A stretch of 64,000 nucleotides of DNA, from the NCBI GenBank assembly GCA_964187785.1, contig OZ076413.1, positions 50,718,001-50,782,000 on the forward strand. Direction: 5' to 3'. The notes under the pieces were generated by a model, which saw only the letters and a program-made list of their open reading frames with translations, did no database searches and was not told where the DNA came from. Both the position numbers and the translations under genes were made by a program. This document shows, piece by piece, positions 50,430 to 63,198 of this stretch (position 1 is its first letter; each line of letters begins with the position of its first letter). The DNA comes from Amphiscolops sp. MND2022. Taxonomy: Eukaryota.

Positions 50430-53400
50430 TCAGTTTTAAAAGCTGTTGATGGGTTAATTTTTCTTTCCGAAACCAAACATTTAAGTATACGCGAAGCCAG
50501 CATTGCTGTATTTCTTCATCTGTTTTACAATTTTCAGTTACAGCAAAGCTGGCTTCGCAGAACTCTTTTTGATATTAAAGTATAAACTTAAAACAGTTTA
50601 GACATGGACAATTGCCTTGTTGTGTGGTGTTTACCCTATGCTAAACTTTGTATTAGATTCAAGTACATACGCTTATCATCAAAAGGATTCAAAGCTAGTT
50701 TGTTTTGTTTTTCAACTGATGATTGATGTAAGTTTGAACGAATCGAGTAGTTTGTTGCATTTGTTGTTTCGGACATAAACAATGAATTTTGTAATCTTCA
50801 CATTTAAGGGATTTTTGTATTCATTTTTGTTTTATTTTTTCTACTACACCATTCGGTTTATCATACGTTTCACGCTTTTGTTATGAAAAAGAATATGACT
50901 TTGATCGTAAAGTTGAGAAACTATCTAGTCTAATTCCGGACTTGTTTCAATTTTCATTTTTCCTATAAATATTTTGTTAATAGGATCATCAAATTGATGA
51001 TTTTCATCTAATTCACTTAAACTAAATTCATCTTTGTTTTGTTGTTGAAACTCTTTGTCAGTATGCATATAATGTAAATGCACTTTATTTTGCCGATATG
51101 GTATTAAACTATTCTAATAAAACTCATACATTAATAGCCTGGACAGTTCTTAAACAGGAAACACCAAGTAAATTGGTTTATCAAAAACTGTTTTTTCTCT
51201 ATCAAACTTATACACACTAAATTTTTGGTAGTTTTTCGCAATACTTTTGAAACCTAACTTGGATTGTCTTTTTATTATTTGCTGTATTTGAGAATGATCG
51301 ATGAAATCTACATTGGTTCTATCTCTTACATTTTCCATAGTCTTATCAAAGACAGCATTGTTCAATAATTTGTACAGGTCCTTTTCAAAGTTTTTTTGCT
51401 TTGGTGCGTTCTTGAGTGTTATGATCAATGTGTTTAGCTAACCATGGACTTTGCTTGAAACGGTACTTGTATGTATCTTTGTTACTCTCATACCCATGTT
51501 GATGTAAAATTTGATCATCCTGTAGTGCATCATATATTTTTGTTTGTTTGTTAGGTCACACACAAGCTTCTGTGTTGGCTTAAATTCCGGTTGTTTAACA
51601 AAAATCATATATTCTGAGAAAACATCACAACTAGCTTCTACTTGATAACGACATAAAGGAAAGTTTCCACTTTAATTTTTGATAACTTGTGGATATTCTG
51701 AATCACATTCTATAAAAAATCCATATTCATTGTCATCTGGTATTTGTGATAAATCTTCTACTTATAGCGCTAGATTGTGATTATTTGTACCGGAGGCACT
51801 TTGCGTGTAATTATTTGGATTTAAAATTAATTTCTCGAATTCGCCAGTAGGAAGATATTGACTCATAGCCCATCCCTATAGATTATTTGCATCAATGTAT
51901 AAGATTTGATTGTTGTTGACATCCGAACAACATGCCTATCACCCATAACACTTGAAATTCCTCCACGTAAATTACTTTCTAAAAGTAATTATTAAGTCTT
52001 TGTCTTTTGTGAAATCTAACTTGATTTTGGTTATTTTTAAACCAGCTTTCCAGGTAAACCCAAGAGCTGAGTATGAGTATATTTGATTAATGCCGTACTC
52101 TTTAGTGGAAGTTTGCACAAATTTCTCGAAGACATCAGGTAATTGTAGAACGTTCATTTGTAAAGAGAACATAGTTAAATCTATTCCCGTCTTCAAGTTG
52201 AACTTTTTATTGATTTCTTGTGTACGGTTAATTTCTTCATCTGGAGGGGTTTCTTGTTTTAGTGTTGACCATAAGTCTTCTTTTGTTAGATTTAATTGTT
52301 CTTGAACATTACTATGCATAAAGTATTCAAAACGGTAGGTCAATTTCTTTTTTAAAATTGCATCCTTTCTGAGGGCACCGAAGGCGCTTTGCGTGCTTGG
52401 CGTTATTGGGAAACTGATTATACTCTTAACTAATTTTTCAAACTAGAAAAAAGGAAACTGTATGAATCTAGAACCCTTCAACAACCTACTTATACACTAA
52501 CATAACTTTCCATTGACTTTGGAAATGTTTTTGATTACCCCATTTTGAAAGCTTGCGTTAAGAGTTGTTCAAACATGAGATGACAATCATACCACAAAAG
52601 TTGTTCAAAAAGATAGGAACAAAACTTGATGACTTTTGTTTACATTTTAGATTACACCTATTATGAGCTGCTCCTCTGTATTTCCCTGTTAGGTGATCAT
52701 GGTCTCGAACTTTTTCATGATTGACTGGATTTTCACAAGACTTGTCTATTGAAGAACCAAAAGGTTCTTCACAAAGCCAGCATATGGTAGATTGTTGGAA
52801 GTTTACCTCTTCTACGGGGGTCATTTTAAGAGGAATATTTGTTTTGAAATAGTTATTTGCAATTTTTTCTAGTGTCAACATTTCATTTTTGACCCAACTT
52901 CAGATGATCCTTCCAACTGAAAGTGATTTTAGTTGGTTGCTGTTTTTGACAACGATTTATTTGATCAATTAGAACCGGTTGTGAACTGAATGCTGTTAGA
53001 CATCTTCTACATACATGGTTCATGTTTGAATGTTTATTTATCAAACAAGGCAACTTGTTATTAGACAATAGTGATTTTCATACAATAACAAATCGTAATG
53101 TGGTTAATTATAGTTCGCAATTATGTGGATTGGTGTTAGCACTGTTCCAGTGAGTTCAAAACATACAACATCCTCTAGTATTCGTTTTTTTAAACTCAGG
53201 TATATCTTTAACTTTCATAGGGAACTCTAAACCTTCTTGGTTGAGTTTATTCATATGAATATCAAAATTCGATGTTCTATTTTTATGATCCTCAACCGGA
53301 TATGAATACGCTACCATACACAATAAAAAAATTGATTATTTTTTAAATTATAATTGATTCAATATTTTTATATTTTTCCGGCAACTCAATGTATGAAGAA

Positions 53401-54020
53401 GCTTGAATATCGTCAACTTTATATATTTCTAATATAATCTTCTTGAAACACAAAACCTGATCCTTCTAATTGTTCATCATCTAGTTTCTGTATAATTATG
53501 TTGTGAACATTCTCATTATTATGATTAGAATTCAAATCTGATTTTACTTATTTGTGAAATATATGTTCTTCTCCGTTAATGTGTTTTATAAACTTAGCTG
53601 AATAATTCAATTGATATTTAAATCGGGGAAAGTACCTTTTATCTATTAATTCATTTATGCGTTGTTCAAAATTTTCTGTTGGATTTATTTCAAGTCTAAT
53701 GTATAAATTTTCTTGATATTATCTTGATCAAAGATATTTTGTTGGCGATTCTGAGTTTTTATAGCGTGAATTTCACTTCGGAAATGTTTTGTTATATCAC
53801 ATTTAGATTTACCACAATCTTCACACAATATTTTATTGGCGCGGTTTTTATGTTCATCTGACTTTAAATGTGAATCTTTATCTGAAAAGGGCATATACCA
53901 ATTACAGTTTTATAAAAATATTGAATCAATTTTTCTTGATCATCTATTGTTTTTATATGATCAGACTTGGAAGATTTCTTATAATTGGAATTACAAATAT
54001 TGCCATTGTCCATCATTATT
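50430..54020 (-). pseudogene. Protein-primed family B DNA polymerase remnant with an endonuclease-VII-like insert
   Basis: YIDANNLYGWAMSQYLP, KLLNNAVF.KTMENVR, ALNPFDDKR and CWLC...VRDHDHLTGKYRGAAHNRCN. Confidence 0.9.
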
Positions 54021-54515
54021 TATTAAATAAAAATTAGTTTGATTAAACTTTTTCTATAAATTATTTCACTAAAAAAGTAGTGAAAAAAATATTTTTATTT
54101 TGTGGGTTTAAGGTATCAAAAATTTTCAACCAATTCTTTGAAAGATAAATACACTGGCTTCGCGTACCGAAAGCGCTTCGCGTATTTCATTTAATAGTTC
54201 TTTTTTCATGAACTGTTTGTTGAAAACAAATCGAACGATACTGATTTCAATACTGAACTTTCTGGTGTTGCGGTTGGAAGACGTTTAATTTGTTTGTTTT
54301 GAGTTAAAAGTAGGCACTAAAGAACTACGAGGGCGGTACAAGACAGGAGTAGCGCATAACACGCAACGATGGTAGCAAAGAAGTTGTTTTGAACGTCAAC
54401 CGGACAGTCAAGTCCGGACACAGTCCAAAACTTTGGAAAAAAGTTGTTGCTAATTCAACCTGACAAGGAAGTCTGAACACTGTCACAACAACAAGGCGTT
54501 TTGGAGGAAGAAAGT

Positions 54516-55112
54516 TCACTGATTTGAAGCAGCGTTCTTCAAAGCTTTACGGGCACGTTTACTTGGTCGCTTTGGGTGACTTTTAGCTGTAATCTGGGCT
54601 AGATCGGTTTCTTTTCGGAGAATGTTGTCTGAATATTTAAGTTCAAACTCAGGTCTCTGGTGTATTGCCTTCAATTCATTCATAATTTGCGGGTCGTTTT
54701 GTTTTCTTGTCGAAAAAAAATCGGTTTCAATTTTGAAAACAGGAAAGTTTTGCGTTTTTAGAACATCAAAAATGTCGGGCGTTCGAATTCGGTGGCAATT
54801 CACAAGAGCCCGGAGTTTGTTTCCTAGAGGTTTCAAGATTTCTAGCAACTCAGAAACAGACAGTGCTCGAAAATTGTTGCTTTTATGCTTTGACAAGCTA
54901 TTATTCAGCACATCATGCCAGATAACAATCTCAGTTATTTCAACGAAATCTTTTTGCAGCAAATTTTGAACGACTTTTTGTGGGTTTTTTGCGTGATTAT
55001 TCAAACTAAGGCCCAGTATCATGTAAATTTTTTCGTTGAAGGCTTTTCTTTTTTCGGGGGTTAATATGTCAAGAGCGTGATGCAACGAGCTCGCACCCAA
55101 AATAAACACCAT
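54516..55112 (-). CDS. 198-aa SGNH/GDSL-hydrolase-like ORF inside the putative LTR
   Basis: Intact ATG-to-stop ORF with VFILGASS (block I-like), LGL (II), IVIWHDVLNN (III), AIHQ (V) and a basic tail. Confidence 0.55.
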   Translation of the reverse strand: MVFILGASSLHHALDILTPEKRKAFNEKIYMILGLSLNNHAKNPQKVVQNLLQKDFVEITEIVIWHDVLNNSLSKHKSNNFRALSVSELLEILKPLGNKLRALVNCHRIRTPDIFDVLKTQNFPVFKIETDFFSTRKQNDPQIMNELKAIHQRPEFELKYSDNILRKETDLAQITAKSHPKRPSKRARKALKNAASNQ

Positions 55113-56089
55113 TACATTTTACAAAATAATTTTATTACAAAGCGCAAAAAAAAATTTCGCTCAGAAGGAAGTTTTTGGCTCGAATTAACTTCTGATAATG
55201 ATAAGAATGTTTGTTTATATCAACTATTTTTCAAAGGCCTTGCTACGAATGAAGCACCAATTCAATCATAGTTCTGGAAGCTTTTCCCAAATCAGTTTCG
55301 TTTTTTAATGTAACCGTTTTTGAAGAAGTTAGGTTTGCGGGGCAACTTCCGCGCGTTGAGAGTCTGCTGCAGAGTTCACTTTCGGGAGTACCTTTCGTGG
55401 CGTCGAGTGGCTCCGTCCGGGTTTCGGGTATCGTTAGGGCTCCGGGGTTTACCTTGAGGAATGTTGGGTGCGTGTTCACCTTCGTGGGGGGTTGAACTTA
55501 TTGCTCGGGAGCGGGTCACTTTCCTCGAGCAGTGCACCTTTTGTTTTTAGGGGCACACCAATTAAACTTTTTCCAGTCTGCACATTCTTCAGATGAGGAG
55601 GACACTTTCTTCACCAGTGGGGCTGCTTCTGTTGAAGTTCCTTTGGATAAGTTGTTAGTTGTTCTCTTTTCACGTTATTCACGTTTGCGGCTGTAGCTTT
55701 CAATTCTAGATAATTTTAACCAATTTAGACAATTCTAGATAACCGCGCCACGTGGTTAGACTGAAGTGTTAGCGTATGTTGAAACCCAACGTTTAACCAT
55801 GAAGATGACGAGTATTGATCACGTGTCCAAATGCCTCTCCTCTATGGCCACCATGTGAAATCCTTAATTCTCGCTAACTAAGGTTCGGATATAAAAGAAA
55901 CAAATATGGAATATTGTTGAACATGGGAGATCAAAACAACAATGAATGGAAGTAAAAGTTATCTACCGCCAAAATATTATTCACACAAAACAGTAAAAAT
56001 ATTACTCACTTTTTTATCTAAATAGCAAGGCCTTTTCGAGAGGATTTTTACCGAAATCGGGGAAATATTTCCAAAATATAAAAGTTTTT

Positions 56090-56159
56090 ACATGTCCGGG
56101 AATCGAACCCACGCCGGTCAAATACCGGCCTTGTATTCTACCGCTAAGCCAACCTGTCT
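56090..56159 (-). ncRNA. tRNA-like Pol III cassette inside the putative LTR
   Basis: A box TGGCTTAGCGG, B box GGTTCGATTCC, and a downstream TTTT. The acceptor and anticodon arms are non-canonical. Confidence 0.55.
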
Positions 56160-56351
56160 TAATATTTGTTTGTTTTAAATTAACGATATTGCAACCGCAA
56201 CATCCTCCGGCCCCAAGAAGATGAATGTTTTATAGTGCGAAAATTGTTTTTAAATGTTTTGCGAAACATGTTTTTTACATGAAAAATAATTTTTTCATAC
56301 ATGTTGATACATGAAGCATGAATGAAGGAAGTGGAGGAAACAGAACATTGT

Positions 56352-59300
56352 TTATTCGGGAAGGGCAAGGACGGGAGCGAACTTGATTACTGGGCGTACA
56401 AGGTTACCAGATGCTGTTCTGACTTCAGCGGACCTGGCGACGGCGTCTGTGCCGAAGTTAAGCTTTACGACACGAGCTAGTGGATAGAGCCCTCTAGGTG
56501 AGGTCATCTCAACAATCCACACGAGATCTCCGGTCTTAAGGTCTCTGTTTGGTTGCGATGACCACTTCGAACGGCGGTTCAGAGTGGGAACGTATTCTCT
56601 TAACCACCTGTTCCATATTGTATCGGAATAAGCTTGCGCTCGATCGTAACGCTTGCGATGGTCGACGTCTGCTTGTCGATGCGAAGGCAGTACTGAACTT
56701 GAAGTTCCATGTAGAAAATGATTTGGAGTTAAGGCGTCCCAATCGGTTGCATCTGCAGTAACAGGTACTAACGGTCGTGCATTCAAACTTTGTTCTACGA
56801 GACAGAACGTAGTTGCAAGGATTTCGTCTGTCAGACGTCTATTTCCGATGACAGCGTAGAACATGTGCTTGAATCTACGTACTAAACGTTCCCATACACC
56901 TCCATGGTGCGGAGATCTGGGTGGGTTAAATTTTTACTGGATACCTTTCTTGACAAGTGATTCAGTGAGGACTTGTTGATTCCAGTTTTGACGTTCTGTA
57001 ACAGTTCTTTGTCACTTGCAAGAAAGTTAGTGCCGTTGTCCGACCAGAGATCTGACGGAGTGCCTCGTCGGGCAGCAAATCGTTCAATTCCCATGACACA
57101 ACTACTGGTGTCCATTGATAGTACAACTTCAAAATGGACGGCCCGAGTAGTTAGGCAAGTGAAAAGAAAACCCCAGCGTTTCTCAGTAGAACGTTTCTTT
57201 CACGGACACGTAGAAGGGACCAAAGTAGTCAATTCCGGTGTTGCTGAATGGAAATTCTTTGTAAGCGAGCCTCTCCCGTGGAAGATCGGACATCATGGGA
57301 GCTAATGTCTCAGCTTTGCGCTTACGGCAAATGATGCACCTGGATACAATTGACCTCAATGTTATTCTCAATTTGACAATTGCGTACTCCTGCTGGATCA
57401 ACGCCCGCAAGTACTCAACACCCTGGTGGCATTGATTTCTATGAAAGTTTTCCAGGAACAACCGAACTAGTGGATGACGGCTATCAAGTAGAATTGAGTG
57501 TTTCATGTCAAACGTGGCAACATCCAGCTGTTTTGTGCGACCGGAAGCTCGCAGTAAGCCATTAGGCCCAATGAAAGGGGAAAATTCAGCAATTTTAGAA
57601 GACTTGTTGAAAGGGGAAGACTTCAACAAGCATTTCTTTTCGGTGTCAAATGACTCGAGTTGCACCAGATGGAACAATTGCTGTTCAGCATCGTCGAGTT
57701 CAGCTGGATCCGTAATATATCCATTGTTGGTGCGCTTGGATTCGTTCTTTGGGAGGAGTCTCAACATGTAAGCCACAATGCGCAGAAGTTTCTCATACGA
57801 ACTGTACTCCTGCCGTTTGAAAGTTGTTGCAATTTCGGTTACTGTTGCGGTGATTGTAGTACACTGATGTTCTTTGGTTTCGTTAACTTTAGTGGAATCA
57901 GCGCCTTTGTTGAGCTTTACTTTCTGACGAAAGTCGTCCGGAAGTTTGAAGGGGAAGTCGGATGTTTTTAGAAAGTCCGGTCCAGACAGCCAACAACTGT
58001 TCAAAAGAGCAGTTGCAGACATTCCCCGGGTGCCTGCATCAGCCGGGTTGTGAGCTGTAGGGACGTAGTGCCACTCATCAACAGTTGTTAAGTCTAGAAT
58101 TTCGCATACTCGGTTAGCAACAAATGTGGGTTGCTTTTCTAAAGAAGTTAACCACTGAAGCACAGTTGAACTATCGCTCCACATGAAAGTTCTGTCTATC
58201 TTCAAAGACAGTGCACGGAGGACCTCGGCGCGAAGTCGTGCTGCAAGTAATGCGGCTTGTAGCTCCAATTTTGGAACAGTTAGTGCCTTCATAGGAGTCA
58301 CTCTTGCTTTTCCAAAGACGAAAGCTAGCTGCGTCACAACACCGTGGTCGTTTATTAGTTTTCCTCGCAAGAAAGCAACTGCGCTGAAAGCATCTTGTGA
58401 GCTATCACCAAACACGTGCAGCTCAATTGTTTCAACCGTTTGACAGAAGTAACTTCTTGGTATGGTAATTTCATTCAAAGTTGACAACTCTTTGCTCCAT
58501 TCCAAGAACTTTGTTACAATATCGTCTGGCAAGTTGTCGTCCCACTGCTGGCCACTGAGCCTCCAAATGTCTTTCAAAAGCAGGCGCGCTTTGATGGTGA
58601 ACGGCGCGACGAGACCAATTGGGTCGTATACAGCGGATACCAAACTCAGAGCAACCCTTTGAGTGACATTTCGGTCGGTGTTTGGACTTGTTCCTCTGCT
58701 AACAACTAGGGTATCTGTTGAGTGATTCCATTTCATTCCAAGAACGTGCGAGAATTTCTCCGCAGTCGGAATCTCTTTCTCTTCCGTGATTCAGGTGTCG
58801 CTGTTCGGATCTACTTCGATGGAGATGCTTGGTACATTAGACACAAACGTTGTCAGTTTAAACCCTCCCAAAGCCAGCATTTTAACAAGATCCTTCGCTT
58901 TGTTTGAGGCTTCGATAGCTGTTGGACTTGATTCGAGGTAATCGTCCATATAAAAGTTGTTGTGGACGCTTCGTGCTGCATCTGGAAAGTTGGCTTGGTT
59001 ATCTGTGGCAGTTCGTTTCAATGCGTAGTTAGCGCAAGTTGGCGAATCTTTGGAGCCGAAAATATGCCGAACATACTCGAAAACAGCAACTTCAGCTGCT
59101 GGGTGCTCCCGCCACAAAACTCGGAGTGTTGGTCTGTCACGTGGGATAACTCCAACTTGGAGAAACATTCCTTCGATGTCTGCAGATACAGCAAAAGGAT
59201 ACTGACGGAAACGAAAAAGAATGTGCATTAGGCTCTGTAGCAAATCTGGTCCTGCTAGAAGAGCACTGTTCAAAGACTGACCATGAAATTTTGCGGCTCC

Positions 59301-62300
59301 ATTAAGAACCCTACGGACTTTGCCAGGCTTGTGAGGATGCACGACCGGATGGTCTACTTTAAAACAATCAGTTTTGTCCACTTGAACAATATAGCCTTTT
59401 GAGAAATCGTCGCTAATTGTTTTCGTGTAACTGGATTTCAAATCAGCATCTTTTTGAAGACGGCGCTCTAGCGATTTCAGTTGAATAAGTGCAGAAAAAT
59501 AATTGTTCGGTAAACAATTTTCGCCGTCGGCCCACAAATTACCCACTTGGTATCGGGACCCATCGTGGTATGTTGTTTCATCAAGTATCTTTGTCGCTCT
59601 CGCGTCGGTTGCGGAACGGGAATCCACTTGTTTGTACGCGCCGTACGACTCAATGTCGTACCAGCTTCGGAGTCGGTCAGAGAGTGTACAATCGTGCTCT
59701 TTCTGAGTAACAGCTTTGAAGCATGTCGAAAATCGTCCCGTGGTCGACGGAAGGGGTCCACTCAATACCCAGCCCAACGGTAAACGGACGGTCGGATTCG
59801 AAATACTCCAGTGGGCGGATATTGTGGAATACGTCCTCACCAAGAATCATTTTCACATCTGTGTAGCTGTACTTCCTAAGAGCGATTAGTTCTAAGTGTG
59901 GATAGCGAGTCTTCAAATCATCTACGTCAATCACATCATTTCCAAGAGTCAATTGATCTCGCACATAAGGTTTGACAGTAAAGGAGGAGCAAGAGACACC
60001 CGAATGAACCGGTGTCAACTTGAGCTCGACCATTTGAGTGTCAACAATCGTATTGGAATTAATTCCGTGTACAGTCAGTTTGGTCGGCGTGCCGCGCACG
60101 TCAAGTTTGTCAGCTAGCTCGGAGGAAATCCAAGAATGGCTACACGCTGAGTCGCACAAAACTAAGACTTTTGCAGATTTCTCAGACGTTTGCACTTCCA
60201 CTTCCGTTATTTGTAAAAATCCTTTCACATCAGAGATGGAAGGGAGGCATGAGGTGACTTCGTCTTTCTTTTGGATCGCTGTCGTTACGCTACAAGTAGT
60301 TGCTTCACCATTGCCTGCTTTCCCAGATTCAGATTTTCTCGTGAAAATCTTCTCTGCACCATGTAGCAAAGTGTTGTGCGTACTTCTACAGCCATCTTTG
60401 GTGCATTTGCGTGGCTGTGGGCATTTGCGGAAGGAGTGTTGTCCATTAAAGCATGAGAAACAACGTTTGTTCTCGGCCACAACTTTCGCTCGTTCAGTTG
60501 GAGTCTTCTTTCTGAACACTTGACATCGCCACAACGGATGCTTATCTTTACAAACTACACAAGTGACTTGGAATTTCTGGGTTGACGGCTTGGTTGCGAT
60601 GGTATTTCATCCTCTCGTTAGCTTCAGCTTTGTCCTTCAGCCAATCATTGAAGTCAATCAGAGGCGGTCGGCTCAAATCTCGCTTCACCGTATGCATTGA
60701 CCACGCTTCTTTCAAGTTCGGGGGAAGCTTTTGAACCGCTTGACTGAGCAATGAAGCACTCGAAAGATCTTGAACGTAGTTCAGAGATCGGAAAACACCA
60801 ACCAAGGAGCAAATTGTAGCTGCATAACTTATGATGCTTTCGCTGCTATGCATTTTCACTGGAGGAACATTCGCTAATTTGTCCAAGTAGGCACTGACCA
60901 CAGTCTGTGGTTGGCCGAATTTTCGTTAAAGGGTCTTCAGTGCGGCCTTGTACATTGTCCCGCAATATGCAAACTCAGCAATCGCCGTTTTGGCTTTTCC
61001 AGTAACTAGTGTTTTCAGGTAAGTAAGCTTCACGTCGTCTGTAAGTGAAGACGAATCAATGGCACTCTTGAACTGGCCAAACCATTCATGCCATTGAAGA
61101 GGGTCGCCATTAAACTGTGCCAGTTTCCACTCAGGGAAATGGTCTTTCATCGTCGAAGTCAAAATCTGTGCAAGGTCTTGCAATGTGAAACTATTTGCAG
61201 ACGGTTGTTGTAAAGTAAACGAACTTGCAGGTACAAAAGGAGGGGCAGTAACACTGGGAAACGTTGTTACATTTTGAGGTACACTACAGTTTGTTGTCGA
61301 TGTTACCACGGCAGTCGGTTGCACGTAGTAAACAGTTCCTCTATTCGTTATTGGGAAAACTTGTGCTGTAGATAAGACACTACTGTTGGATGGAATGACT
61401 GTGGGTAAGCTGGTTGCGGGGGGTGGCACTACAGAGGTGGCGACTGCTGATTGTTGGAAGGATTTGGAAACCGGAAAACTCCAGGCTGACAAGTTAGGTA
61501 AAATGTGATTTACTGGAAGTGTGACTATCGGATTAGGTCGAGGTTGAGCTATTGTCGGTGCTGAAGGGATACTTACTGAAAGACAAGGATGTTGCAAAGT
61601 GCTAGCATTGTTCAAAAACAAACCAGTAGCAGCGGAGTTAGTAGCGGTTAAACTAGTTTGACCGGGGAAACGCGAAAGCTGGCCAGGTAAACCAGCAAAC
61701 GTGTTGGTGGGGTGGTTCAAAGACTCAGTTGTTGTAAGCGACAGTGGAGCCGTACCTGTGGTGTTTTCCGTTTGGGGCGGAACATTATTTTGCACCGTAA
61801 CAAATGTAGGCGCTGATACAGTAGTGTTTTCATTTGATGGAGATGCAGCTAAGGGCAACGGTTGCGTACCAACGGTCTGTTCCTGATTCGATTCAACAAT
61901 GGGTGCTTCAGGGGCACGTTGATTGGTAGCAGATATCAAAGTGGGAGATTTATTAACCCAGTTGTTAACTCGGGTTGTCTGAGGTTCGTGGCTCTCCTCA
62001 CTCAACAGTGATAGCGTCTCCTGGAATTCTTCATTTGTCGCCGACAGATCATCTTGAAGTTCTAATTCAATCAGTGTTGCCTCAGTCAGTTTTTTGCGGT
62101 TCTCTTCCTGCACCTCGGCGACTCTAAGTGCAAGTTCTTCCTTGAGTTGCTCTTGTTCTTGCTGCATTCTTTTGAATTCAAGATCTTGCTTTTGCTGAGT
62201 CAGTCGGAGTGTAGCTTCATTTTGCTTCTCAATTTCTTCACGCCTTTGTTTTGCTAGGAGTAGCTCCTTCTGCCGTTGACTTGACGTCTTTGATCGAACA

Positions 62301-62695
62301 TAGCTTGAAACTTTACTGGACTTTGTCTTGTTCGTCGATGGAACTACTGAAGTTTGCGAAGCGTTGTTGGTTTGCAGACATTTCTCCAGATAATCGCGAG
62401 CTTTCGTCAGTATTTCATCGTTTCTGACAGCAACGTCGTTTAACCACTTTTCAAAGTCCGGCTTCACTGACTCTGGGTTGGTTGATTTGTTGGCTAAGTC
62501 TAGGAGTTGTTCATTTTTTGCAAAAGCTTTAGTCATAGCTTCCTCACACGAGGTGACTAATCGATCAACGCGAACACGTCGTTCGGCATTTCCAATGGCG
62601 TCATTGAGCTTTTGTTGGATCTTGTTGAGCTCCGCTTCGGCTTTAGCGCGGCTATCATGCAACTTGGCGGCTTTCTCTTGCATCCTATCAGCCAT
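56352..62695 (-). pseudogene. BEL/Pao gag-pol polyprotein with multiple frameshifts
   Basis: FNGDPLQWHEW (gag), CFSC..H..C/C..C..H knuckles, LCDSAC (protease), YMDDYL (RT), VFGDSS and PKLELQAA (RNase H), and GIDYFGP, SDNGTNF, LNARPL (integrase). Confidence 0.93.
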
Positions 62696-63116
62696 TGAAT
62701 GTTTTCTTTTCGGTTTTTTTAAATCAATATAGTGTGTTGTTAGGACACAGATTGTAGCGTTCTCAGCACTAAATTATGTTCAAAACAGCAGAATCACTTA
62801 CAGAACATCAGCCAGACAACTAAGTCCGGACACAGTTCTGAAAATTAATTATGCTGTTGTCAAATAATGAAAATTCTACATCTGGTATTAGAAAATACCT
62901 GGTCTGGTACACTGTCTGGTATTTTTCTTTGATGTGTGTTTTCCAAGAAACTTTAATATCTATGCGTTGAACATTTTCTCGAACACTTGTGTCACCACTT
63001 GGATGCACATGGTTGACAAATTTTTTCTCGCATTCCTATCCTCCATACTAAAAAAATATTAATTTTTTTAGTTGCGAAAAAAGGCTAATTTTTGATGATA
63101 TGCATGGGAAATACAA

Positions 63117-63198
63117 CCTCGCTGGCTTCGCATACAGCATCGCTGGCTTCGCATACAGCTTCGCTGGCTTCGCATACAGCAAAGCTGGCTCCGCATAT
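63117..63198. repeat. Four tandem copies of a ~21-bp GC-rich unit
   Basis: (gctggcttcgcatacagc.tc)x4. The same motif is dispersed through the Maverick-like block. Confidence 0.85.

Larger units (their letters stand above)
47373..54200. mobile_element. Decayed Maverick/Polinton-like (adintovirus-like) endogenous element
   Basis: Very AT-rich, intronless block with protease, capsid-like and pPolB remnants. I found no TIR, integrase or ATPase. Confidence 0.8.
54266..56202 (-). repeat. Putative 1.94-kb 3' LTR of the BEL/Pao element
   Basis: 11-bp inverted termini tgttgcggttg and caaccgcaaca. It starts immediately after the PPT. There is no second copy in the window to confirm it. Confidence 0.7.
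54266..63010 (-). mobile_element. BEL/Pao LTR retrotransposon lacking its 5' LTR
   Basis: Fragments of gag, triple knuckle, PR, RT, RH and IN, plus a PPT ggggccggagga adjoining the LTR at 56203. Confidence 0.92.

Noticed and set aside
56090..56159. Functional tRNA gene
   Set aside because: The acceptor stem is imperfect and there is no canonical anticodon arm; it is kept only as a tRNA-like cassette.
62820..63010. 5' LTR of the BEL/Pao element
   Set aside because: Only a short match (gtccggacacagt) to the 3' LTR exists. There is no tgttgcggttg terminus or TSD, so the LTR appears deleted.
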